Below, in pieces: positions 32,871-43,939 of a stretch of 52,046 nt of DNA; the first letter of the stretch is position 1, and each line of letters opens with the position of its first letter. Under the pieces are notes generated by a model. The model saw only the letters and a program-made list of their open reading frames with translations. It ran no database searches and had not been told where the DNA came from. This DNA comes from Nemertoderma westbladi (Eukaryota; Animalia; Xenacoelomorpha). Location: contig JAUCBJ010007922.1 in assembly GCA_032718475.1 (NCBI GenBank), positions 1 through 52,046 on the forward strand. Reading direction: 5' to 3'. Both the position numbers and the translations under genes were made by a program.

Positions 32871-34517
32871 TTGCTCCCTGGGCAGAAAGCCGAGGTTTCT
32901 TCCGCACTATGTATGCCAATACACCCAGCGGCATTACTATATGGAGATCATTATTCTCGATTATACTTTGACGGACCATTGACCGCACCTGGCGCCGTGT
33001 ATAGCTTTATGAGTGTTCCACTTCGTCCCTCCTTAGCTATATACACGATCTTTGAAAACGCCGCACTTGCCGGTTGGCTAGCCGATGTGTGCAGTCGTAC
33101 CATACGCGCCCATCCCTTAATACTTGGAACCAAACTCGCCAAGCTAGATGAACACAATAAATTCATCCGCTTCGAATGTTTCAGGCGCTTTCTGACTCCG
33201 TTCCGTAACGTTGATAGTCAGTTCAAGGACCGCGCTCTGACCAAACTCAGCCTAAGAGACTCAGCTGCGGAGAAGTTAAACAGCGCGGGATTCGCCCTTT
33301 TCAAGGACGTTTGTATACAGAACTTACATTCATCTGTTATACAAAGACCTCGAATACCCACGGGTTATTCTGTCGTGGAAGTTCAGACAGTGGGTTCGCT
33401 TGCGGAGACAGCCGCACCTATCTCAGCTATGCAATTGGAGGACGAACCAATATGCTTAGAATCTGAGGAGATTCAGCCTACAGCGCCCCGGAGCAGCGAT
33501 AACGACTACGTTTTGGAATGGTATCAAGGTCCACAATGTCTCACCGCATACGATTATCGGCACGCCAACTATGTTTCTCGAAAACGTTGCCGATTATGCG
33601 CATCGAGAGATCATTTCACCCCTATGGACTCAGACGTACCCTGCTCCTATTTCCACGAACAACCGATGATGGAGATCTATTGTGCGTATTGCAGACTTAA
33701 TAACTCGCACATTTTTGCAGTCTGCCCCCAATTTATGACTCAATGCCACCACTGTCAACTTAAAGGACATGCCAGTTTTAATTGCCCTTTTAACCGCGAT
33801 TTGGAAAGCGTAGATGAGATGATTACCCTGCGCTACATCCGAGCTTGGGAAGCGAACGCGGATTTACATTGTGAGTCACGCCATCGCTATTACCCTGGAC
33901 GCGCCTACGAGGGAGTTTACGCGTTCCATCCTTATCTATTCGCGTCTGTTGAACAAAAAACACGCACACCGAGTTACGAACTAATGAAGCCTGTTGGTGA
34001 GTGTATTTCCACCAAATTTGTTCGAAAATATCTCAGGAACGTCAATCCTAACGATATTAATTCATACCATTTGATCAATTTCATCCATCAAGACCCTGAG
34101 TATGGCGATTTATTTATCAACTCGCACCCTGAGTTACAGGAAGTATCTCGATGACCCTACGAATATCGAGCCAGAGAACTCGAGCTGGAAAGAACCATTA
34201 AACCGAGGAAGTTTCTCACCACTCACGGACCACCTACCGCTATTGTCCAGACGACCCGTCAGGGACCAGTAGGAGCTGCTGTCCTAAGACGCGCCCTAAA
34301 GGCCGTTAGACCTCGCTCCACTGAAGTTGATATCGATCAACCAGGTACCTCGACTGGCGGATACACCGATCGTAATCCTAAACCTTCTGATGCATTGTAT
34401 TGCACCCTTCACCCAGGAGTTACAGCCCTCCTAGTAAAGTGGCTCGCCCCAAAGAGAAAAGGACTCTTGCTAGCCTCAAAAAAACTGCGTAAACGCCGTC
34501 CGCGTAAGAAAGACTAA
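32871..34517 (+). CDS. Extra 3' Cys/His-rich (zinc-knuckle-like) ORF of L1, with an internal in-frame TGA at 34152
   Basis: CRLCASRDH..C, CAYCRLNNSHIFAVC, CHHCQLKGHASFNC. Frame stays open 120 codons past the TGA and ends KKLRKRRPRKKD* at 34517. True start unclear. Confidence 0.65.
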
Positions 34518-34595
34518 CTGTTTAGAGTATTTTTATATTTTAGAAACTGTGATTTTTTATATTTTATAGAATTAAATCCCATTTTCTGGGAGCGG

Positions 34596-35089
34596 TGTAA
34601 AAGCTTTTGCGGAATTAGCTGGTTATTTTCCCCGCAAAGTACTCTGTAGTTGGTTTAACGGACATAAAAAGCCGTTTCCTTACTGTACCGGTGTTTTAGT
34701 GGACATAAAAAGCCATTTCTTCTGTATGTGTACTTAGCGGACATAACTAGCAATTTTATGTCGCAATACGCTAAAATCCTCTTGACACAGTGTAGTTACT
34801 ATGACGACAGCTAACAGCTGATATGTACACGTGTAGCTTTTTCTTTGTTCCTTTGTTCGGTTAACCAATCAGAGCGATTCTCCTGTTATTTGTACAGAAA
34901 CCTCCGGGAAATCGCGCAATGCATTATGGGTCAATGTTTACCTTTTTTCCTGATGCCAGAAGACCGGCTTTGGAATTTCTGTGTTTTCAGGCTTTAGCCA
35001 AACATTAGTAGGCTTGATCATAGAAACGTATATCTGTTATCAAACTAATCACAATCGAGTCCAGTCAGTGTGTCAAATCATATTGTCAA
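34596..35089 (+). repeat. 3' LTR of L1 (cut off by L2)
   Basis: Differs from the 5' LTR by only ~1 substitution and ~2 small indels seen by eye. Confidence 0.92.
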
Positions 35090-37374
35090 TTTAAAAGCTT
35101 TTGCGGGATATAACTGGCCCTTTTCTCCGCAATGTACTGTGTAAGGTGTTTTTAGTGGACATAACTAGCGATTTACCCGCTGTGTCTGCATGTGTGCTTT
35201 AGCGGACATAAAAAGCCAGTTTTCCCACAATGCGCTCAAATACTCTAAACTACCTAACTCAAATGACGCAATCTACCAACCGATTTGCTGTACGCCTATA
35301 GGCTCTTTGTTCTGTTCGATCAACCAATCAGAACAATGATCCACCAATCAGAGCGATTTCGCCTTGTGTTGAATATGGGCTGCAAAAACCCGAATAGTTC
35401 GGCATTTAGACATTCGTGGAACCTACAGAATCTGGAACTCGGCCAATGAGAGCTGTTTCTCTTTGTGTTGAAAGATACCTACAACAGCCCAGAGGGATCA
35501 GTTGTGTTGGTTTTCCCGAGCCTAGAAGACCGGCTTTGGAATCTCTGTGTTTTCAGGCTTTAGCCCTACATTAGTAGAATTAATTATAGAACGTATATCT
35601 GTTATCTTAACTTATCATACCATAACATAACATATCATAACCATTCATACCTTAACATTTGTACTGCTATTTACTGTCGGTTATTCATTATATCAGTTGA
35701 TGGAATATTATTATATTGGATAATATCGATAAATTAATCATAAAACCCTCAATCTTCTTGATATACTGAAGGTAAGAGAGACCGGTTACATATAACGATT
35801 GCGACTTACATTAAAGTGGTTCTGAAGTGAATCTAATGCTATTTCATAGGCACTACATGTATTGGTTGTTGTTCTCTTTATATGTGACTAAAATTAGTGA
35901 AGGTCGGCAGATCGGTGTGCAGCATTGTGCAGTATTGTGTATGATTCTGACTGATAACAAAGCATCTCCTAAAGAATGTGCCATATACGTGAATCCATAG
36001 CCATCCCGTTGTGTCTAGTTTAAGTCATAACTCTGTTTACATATTTAGAGCGCCACGTCCTAAAGGAACTGTTAATATTTCCCGAAAGTGAATAATATTT
36101 GTCAGAGATTATATATTACGATCAGTCGAATAATACAGTAGGCCTACACCGCAAGAAGGTTAGGCTTCCGAATCCAGTCTCCCGGGTATATCCAGCGGGT
36201 GAATGGTCGCGCATAGACTGGCTTCGGCTAATGTAGTGTATCAAATACTCGTCATAGGCTAAAGTCGATTTATTATCTAGAAGACATCCAAATTTGGCAG
36301 GTTAAACTGCTAAAGGTCTAAAAGCGCGAACAATAACAGATATTGCTTCTGTATTGCAGTAGGCAATAAAGCTGAAGTACCGGTCAGCCGGTACCTAGTA
36401 GGCCTGACTACCTAACTACCTGGTACTTATAGCAGTACAGGTACAGCAGTATTATTCGATTTTGATAATTATATACCGGTAGGCCTTAATAATTAATCAG
36501 GGACTGCAGCCCTGGTTTTTTATTGAGATTTTACTTATTTCTGTCAGGTTTTATTTATTTGTAGGTTAATATTGAGCAGAAGACGTGTAAGCCTGCTCAG
36601 ATTGTACAGATAATTTGTAGGCTGGACTGTTGTCTGACTGTTGTTAAGTCTGAAGGGACTGTAGTGTGTGTAGAGCGTATGTCCGAAAAAGTACTAGTTA
36701 GGAAAGTAGGGGCTTCCAGTGCTGTGAGGTAAACCCCCTCGAAAGAATAAGTCGTACTACTCGGTTAGAACGCATACTAACTAACCATTTCGGAGTCTGC
36801 ATATACTGTAGTTTATTTAGGCTTGATAGTAGTCTGCACTTGGTCTGTACTTTGTTTGTGTAGTCTGTACGGGTAGCGTAATATTTCTTATTTAGATAAT
36901 TTGTAGGCTGGATTGTTGTCTGGCTGTTGTTAGGTCTGAAGAGATTGTGGTGTGTGTAGAGTGTATGTCCGATAAAGTGCCAGTTGGGAACGTAGGGGCT
37001 TCCAGTGCTGTGAGGTAAACCCCCTCGAAAGAATAAGTCGTCCTACTCGGTTAGAACGCATACTAACTAACCATTTTGGAGTCTGCATATACCGTAGTTT
37101 GTTTGGGCTTGATAGTAGTCTGTCAGTATTTGGTCTGCATTTTGTTTGAGTAGTCTGTACGCGTAGCGTAATATTTATTATTCAGAGTTTATGCGATTAT
37201 TCGCAACATTCATATCCCCAAGTTTATTCCTACAGTAATTGTGCTTGTTATATATACCGTTATAGTTAAATTAACCCCGGTACTACATCAGGGCTGCTAG
37301 GCGTAGGTAAAGACTGGTGATTTTGTGCCCCGGTCACTCCAGCAGATACCGTGGTTCTTTTAGCTGTTCAAGTA

Positions 37375-38070
37375 CAGTACAGGCCACCAGAAAAAGCAGA
37401 TTTCATCCAATGTTATCACATGTGAACACATTTGTTCAAGTCATCTGATTGGCAGGTTATGGCGAGTTATCTAGCTAACTTGCTGGGACCGACAAAGGCT
37501 TAGTGTGCAGTGCGCCTGTATGTCTGATATCAGGTAGATGAGAGAGCCCACAGGGCGTAACATTGCAGACATGGGCTGTATTCCTGTATTGGTAGAGAGA
37601 GAACTACATACAAGACCACATGGAGGTTCATGGAGTGTATGGGAGTGGATGGGTATATGGATGAACGAGCCTAGACATTGAATAATTAATTTAGTGCAGG
37701 GAGATGTCGCGCCATTAGTCTGACACCGAGAGGGCACAGAGAAACACCAGAAGATGGCTTAACATCACTAACTATAGGCCTGCCTACTAGACACTATTAA
37801 CCGCACACTATAAAGGTAAACAAAATCCTTATCGCATTTCCAGCTGCAGTGAGTGACAGTTTGCGGCAAACTACAGAGAGTATCCAGATTACTAAGCGTT
37901 TCAAAAGTATTCAATTGTATCCTTTGGCGAAAAAATTTTGGTTGTTGCCAATTCAATTATGTTCAATTATGTTCAATTGTCCCGTTCAACAACATTAAAT
38001 TACACTGGTACACATTTGATAAAATGTGTTCACAATTGTACAAATCTGCGTTTTCTGGTGGCCTGTACTG
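37375..38070. mobile_element. 696-bp MITE, Tc1/mariner-type (TA target duplication)
   Basis: 29-bp TIR CAGTACAGGCCACCAGAAAA(A/C)GCAGATTT flanked by TA on both sides; absent at the homologous site in L1 (~23932). Confidence 0.93.
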
Positions 38071-39223
38071 TATTTTAACTACTGATTATTGGTTATATGA
38101 GTACTTGTACCTAATTTAGGGTTTAGTGTACAGTGCTTTCCGAAGGTAATTAGTGTGTAGGCAGTATATTTGTGTTGTAAAGTGGTTAATAGGCACGTTG
38201 GTTCTGGTAGACCGCGGTAATTAACTTCTAGGTAGGAACACTCTGTGATACATAATGTAGTACTTATAGCGATACGGCTATAAGTCGTCGGACGGTGGTA
38301 TTTTTCCTATCTGGACAACGCAGTATATTTACTACTACTTATTATTTTCAAATACCGTAGTACCCTGTCCGTTGTAATAACCAGATAATCTAACCCTTTG
38401 TTAGGCTGGTTTGTAGACTTCTTGTAAAATTACCCTAAAAAATTCGTACGTGTAATTTTTGTGTTTATTTAGAGATTGTAATCTCACCCCGAATTGTACG
38501 TAATTTGTAGTATTAAGTAACTTAGGTAAATTAGAATTATTTGTTTTAGTGTCCAACAAGTAGCACTTCACTGAGAGCGCACAGCTTCTGTGTAGTGACT
38601 CTTTCCCAGAAATAATAACATTTATTTCAAATATTGACAAAACCCATTAAAATGGGTATATATATTATAAATCAACTCAAACCGATTTATAAAATAGTAG
38701 GCCTGCCATACAACAATTAGGTCTCAATATCAGTTGGACTACTGCTTAAATAACGGTAATAAAGTAAGTTAAAGTAACCAAGTAACCCTTAAAAATTCAG
38801 AAATTCAATTATTCTAAAATTAATTGACATACCGGTATTTACAATAGGCTTATTATATTTATTTTTATAAATTTAGGCTGAAATTATACCGGTATTCTGT
38901 AATTAATTATAGTCCATAATTATACTTATATATACTATAAGTGTAAGCTGTATACAGGTATTCATGATAGGCCTATTATATATTTATATATATTTGTGCT
39001 GAAATTACATACCGGTATTCTGTGACAAATCTAGTATGTAATAATACTTATATATATACTATAAGCATACCGGTATTCTAATATATTATATATATATATC
39101 ACGTTACACTGAGTAACAGTATCGGTAATTAATTATTAGAATTACTAGGCTAACGGTGACACTGAATTACTAGACTTGCTTAAACTGTAATATAGCAGTA
39201 GGCATTCAACTGTACAAACAAAC

Positions 39224-40325
39224 ATGTCTGACACAAAGCAAAACCTGTCAGACAGTCTCCTAGATACAACCATCTGTGACCCAGACAGGAGTGTGGAACG
39301 TGTGAGACCGAAGTTCAACTCACCTCCTACTGTAAGAAAGATCATCCCTCCAGTAGTAGTATCAGACCCTAGGCTAGTCCAACACCGTAGGTCTATCATA
39401 GGCACTCGAGCTCAAGAAGCAGCGGAACAGCAGCAACACTCGAGCCGAGAACTTATTTCTCAGCGGCCCGACAGCTCCAGTAGTGAGGATACTGTAGAGC
39501 TGACACCCGAGCACGGAGCAAAGATGACAGATGCGGTTTATTCGGATCCCCTTCTCATCCTTCCTGCAGCCGTACTCACTAGGGTATTGATTGCAGTGGA
39601 GGAACACCAGATTGATTGGGTGAGAAGTAAGCGATCGACTAAGGATAGTTATGTGGGATACACAAGGGAAGAACTGAAGTCTATTGTTGAGTCGCAATGG
39701 AACTTCCCCGGACCCGGACTCCCGTTTGACTTATTGGAAGCTGCCTGGGAAGACATTCACATGATGGGAGTAACAAAGGAAACCATCGATCCAGCTGTGT
39801 GGAAGAGGTCCGCAGCAGGATACGTACAGGGATTCTTCAGCTCTTTGGAGAGATTAGAGGAACAACTGTTTCGACAACCCCAAGGACCTCAAGAGCAGGG
39901 AGAGCCGCTTTATCAAGTTCGAGAATGAATTCTAAGAATCAGACTAATCTTATCGGCCTTTGAGGAGGCTTCGAAAAGAAGACAAGACACGTCGTTGCAA
40001 GTTGCCGTAAAGACTTGGTTTCAGCGAGTGAGTCTCAAAGTTCAAGGAACTGCCCAGTGGAAATCTCAGCTGGTTGAGCGCTCAACCCATGGAGAATCAA
40101 CAGACGCTACCTTTTCCCAAGTGGAAAGCAAAGCGACAGCAGAGAAACCGCATAAGAGGGATGCTATTGACATCTATCTGTCAGACTATCAACGCTTTGT
40201 AGGTGATGAAGAGTTGAGGAGAAGGCTAGATGGACTTAGCCCTAATAGTGAAGGAGCCAAGCTTGTGTTGGATGCAATCGATGCGGATATGAGAGCTGCG
40301 AACCAAGCTAAATTTGATGAACGCC
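39224..40325 (+). pseudogene. gag: Disrupted gag of L2
   Basis: Homologous to 25080-26205; AGA>TGA nonsense at 39926-39928; truncated by P2 after ...AAATTTGATGAACGCC. Confidence 0.9.
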
Positions 40326-41358
40326 AGTAGTAGGGTCTTCCTCCTCTCTGTGACAGTTAGACCTAACTGACACCCATTGGGTGTCATATGACACCCAATT
40401 ATCACCCTATGGGTGTCATTGGGTGTCATTGGCGCCAGACTGTCTGGGTGACACCTCCCAATTAGGCTAATTAGACCCTAATTGACAGGTGTCATCAATT
40501 AATTAGTATAATTAAACCCTAACAGGTGTCATATGACTCCTAATTAGGGTTTAATTGATTATCCTAATTAATCAGACTGATTAGCGCCCTGACACACAAT
40601 GGGTCATCAGTGATGTCTAACTGTCGCAGAGAAGGGGGAAGAGGGTGTCATAAGTGACACCGCAGCTCTTTTATTCATTAATACTTATTTATTTATATTT
40701 AATTTTAATTAATTATTTGCATTTTATTTTATTCGTATTTATTCATTTGTACTTTATTTTAAATTAATTAATTGTATATATTACTTTTACTTTATACATT
40801 GATTTCTATTTTTAGATTAATTAGTTTTTATATTACCAACGAGATCACTATGACATAATGTCTATTTTTAACTTTATAATGGCTACGGTATACGGCTCCC
40901 TACTGGCAACTATCAACTGCGTTCATCGGCGGGGGCCCCTCCTCTGCCATCATTATTCATTAACTAGATACGACAGGCAGTGAATCTATACGTATACCCC
41001 CAAGGCAAATATAAATCAGCGGTCCCGTCTGTTAGCAGCCCCCTCGATGACTCACTAATAATCCCAATGCGGCCTTGACTACAGCAAATCCGTATATCGC
41101 CCAAGGCTAATGGTCCAGCGGCCCTCCATTGTTCTCATTATAGCCGGCATCGCTTTATCCCTTTCCTATATCCAGGCAGCCCGTATCATAACAATGAAGC
41201 GCCTCTAATCACACATTCCTCTCTACTAATCCCTTTCCTTTGCACCAGACCTGCTTCTGTTATACAGCCAACTCAACATAATTAGTCAAGATGCCTACAG
41301 GGGTTTCTAATATAGAATCAACACGAGAAGTTGCCCTGGTTACCGCTTATGCATGAAC

Positions 41359-41450
41359 AGCCAATCAGCGGGCTTCATTTCTACTGCTGCGTTCTGATTG
41401 GCTCATTTAAGAGACAAGGGCCTCCCCTACTAACCGAATTGCTATTTAAT
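41359..41450 (+). promoter_or_regulatory. Probable Pol II promoter for PolB transcript
   Basis: Inverted pair of CCAAT boxes (AGCCAATCAG 41359 / CTGATTGGCT 41394) and TATTTAA at ~41443. Confidence 0.5.
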
Positions 41451-41600
41451 ACGTCCCCACCAATATATTAGGTCATTATTTCAATTGCAAGTTACGATTA
41501 ACATCATTTACCATTATTTTGTTTTCGAATTTAATATTATTTATTTAAGAATATTTATTTGTTATCGTCAGTCAACTATCCAGTTGTATAGTTGTATTAT

Positions 41601-42413
41601 TGTCATTTCGCCGCGTTATCGCTCATCGTCGACAACAAACTTTCCGCGTATCCACCGCGTAATATTTCAATATTTCTAATTTCCGATACCATTCTGTTCT
41701 ATCGGTTGATAAACTCTCTCGTCGTCCACGTCAACCAACTTCCTTGTCACCAACGAACTTCCAAACTTCTTCTTTCTGTGAATATTTACTAACACCGTAA
41801 GTAAAAACTGCCTTCCATCTAGCTATACTTTCGACGCCGCTAGCAAACAATTTACATTTAATGTCTACCGGTACAACAGTATTGCAGTAGGCTCATTATT
41901 AATTACTGTCAGACTGCGGTGGTACCGATAGCCTAAACCGTGATCGAAGCATTCGATCAATAGGCCTACATCCGCCTATTTGCTTACAGTATTTTTTATC
42001 TTTTTACAAATAATCAACTTATTTTTCTAGTGTCATTTCGCCGCGTTAACGCTCATCGTCGACAACAAACTTTCCGCATATCCGCCGCGTAATATTCCAA
42101 TATTTCTAATTTCCGATACCATTCCGTTCTATCGCATTAATAAACTCTCTCGTCGTCCACGTCAACCAACTTCCTCATCGCCACCGAACTTCCAAACTTC
42201 TTCTTTCCGTGAATATTTACTAACACCGTAAGTAAAATCTGCCTTCCACCATCTCCATCGACGCCGCTAGCAAACAATTTACATTTAGGCCTAATGTCTA
42301 CCGATACAACAGTATTGCAGTAGGCTCATTATTAATTACTGTCAGACTACGGTGGTACCGATAGCCTAAACCGGGATCGAAGCATTCGATCAATAGGCCT
42401 ACATCTGTCTATC
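41601..42413. repeat. ~430-bp tandem duplication with splice signals (putative non-coding leader exons)
   Basis: TGTCATTTCGCCGCGTT... at 41601 and 42031; each has ACC|GTAAGT; acceptor-like TTTTTCTAG at 42030 and 42935. Confidence 0.85.
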
Positions 42414-42942
42414 TGCTTGTCTACCTGACTACCGGTACCCCATCATTCGAGTTAGTCTAATGCCATCATAGTAACGATATAGACCCTACTGAACAACACT
42501 GAATACTGCAGTTTTCACTATATATCCTACTGACTAACTGAGTTCTCACACAGCGATTAGCTAGGCCTATCGTTGATTTGTATTGGTTAACGCTACCGGT
42601 ACGTCTGACTTCTGGCAGACTTTTCACTAGCACTACTGCTCTGACTGACTGACTGTTGTTTATAGACCCTCTTTCCACGAATAATAACTGGCATCGCTTT
42701 TGTGTCTTGGTTATCGCCACTATCTAACCGCTGGTACACTAACACTTCCACACTAGATACTGCCGACTGCCTGCTTTATGTTTCACTGACTGATTGCTAC
42801 AATACAGCAATAGGCCTAACTATATAAACACAGTATTGTTGCCTAGTAACCGATTAATACCTACTGTTTTACTTTATTTTTAGCAAGTATACAGTATTTT
42901 TTATCTTTTTATAAATAATCAACGTATTTTTCTAGATTCAAG

Positions 42943-43878
42943 ATGCCTATGTCTAGCAATAAAGTTAGCTGCCCCATCTGCGACAAAGAGATGCGGAGTG
43001 ATAATCTAAAATCACATATTAAAATTCATTTCGCGCAATATAGATGCGACTGTTGCCCGACTTGGTCTTCGGAAAAGAAGACGCTGGTTGGCCATCTTGT
43101 TTCGTGTCCTCAGGGGGGAACAGGATTTAGTTACGTAAACGAGCCAGCCGATTGCCGCTGCGGGGATTCGCTCACCCTGTCATCCTTTTCTGAGCATGAA
43201 TGCTATACTCGACTTTTTTCGCGGAAACGCAAAACTCCGACTACCTCCCACTCATCCCCCATCAACTCTACTCCAGAACAAGTCGGCGGCGGCGGCTCCA
43301 ATAATGAACCTTCAACTTCACGAGATTCTATTTCCCCAAACAATCCATTTCAACCCCCCTCCAACGGAAGCGCACACGGACGACTGTTTACCTATAACAA
43401 CGACCTCGCAGAAACAAGACTCGATGCTGAATTAACATTAAACGAAAATTTTCCACACATTCAAGAACACGTTAGTAGCCATTTACGTAGTGCCATGGGA
43501 ACTTTTTTAAGAGTCTGGCTTACAATCAACATCGTAATGGAGCGTGAAACGAGCGAGGGATTTCAAATTGAATCTTTCTGTTTTAAATCTAGCGGTAACA
43601 ATAATCAAATTCTAAATAATAGCGACTTTAATAACTGGTTTTCTAGCGCCGTCAATCGTATCGATCAACTGTTAAGCATGTTTCTCTGCCTCGGCTCGGG
43701 TTGGCGCATAATAGCCATCGAGCGAATAACTATTGAGATTGCGCGGTCCCAACGCAACCCCTATTTAAAGGGTCAAGGCTTCAATAATTCTAAATTATTA
43801 TTAAATAAAAAATGTACCGTAAGCGTAGACTGCCCGCTGGGGGAATGCTTTAAATACGCAGTAAGCCGCAAATTATAA
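42943..43878 (+). CDS. N-terminal part of pPolB polyprotein (C2H2 finger, terminal-protein-like region, start of OTU-like protease domain), frameshifted from downstream ORF
   Basis: CPICDKEMRSDNLKSHIKIH; GSGW; ECFKYAV. Continues in another frame from 43865 as AANYKK...RISTY...FDFSNLSFPV. Confidence 0.8.
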   Translation: MPMSSNKVSCPICDKEMRSDNLKSHIKIHFAQYRCDCCPTWSSEKKTLVGHLVSCPQGGTGFSYVNEPADCRCGDSLTLSSFSEHECYTRLFSRKRKTPTTSHSSPINSTPEQVGGGGSNNEPSTSRDSISPNNPFQPPSNGSAHGRLFTYNNDLAETRLDAELTLNENFPHIQEHVSSHLRSAMGTFLRVWLTINIVMERETSEGFQIESFCFKSSGNNNQILNNSDFNNWFSSAVNRIDQLLSMFLCLGSGWRIIAIERITIEIARSQRNPYLKGQGFNNSKLLLNKKCTVSVDCPLGECFKYAVSRKL

Positions 43879-43939
43879 GAAAATTGATAGAAAACAAAAT
43901 AATATCAAAAGAATTTCAACGTATACCCCTTTTCTAAAC

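Larger units (their letters stand above)
21652..35089 (+). mobile_element. Non-autonomous BEL/Pao LTR retrotransposon (element L1)
   Basis: Near-identical direct repeats starting TGTAAAAGC at 21652 and 34596; purine-rich GGGAGCGG before the 3' LTR; BEL/Pao gag-protease with pol remnants. Confidence 0.92.
35090..40325 (+). mobile_element. Second related BEL/Pao element L2 (5' part; LTR ~35090-35657), interrupted by P2
   Basis: Starts TTTAAAAGCTTTTGCGG (cf. TGTAAAAGCTTTTGCGG); diverged LTR ending ...TTAACA; 35658-40325 collinear with 22170-26205. Confidence 0.9.

Noticed and set aside
32871-34154. Envelope (env) gene
   Set aside because: No signal peptide, furin site plus fusion peptide, or transmembrane anchor visible.
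34441-34451. GGCTCGCCCCA matching the P1 subterminal motif
   Set aside because: Single 11-bp match inside coding sequence; plausible by chance.
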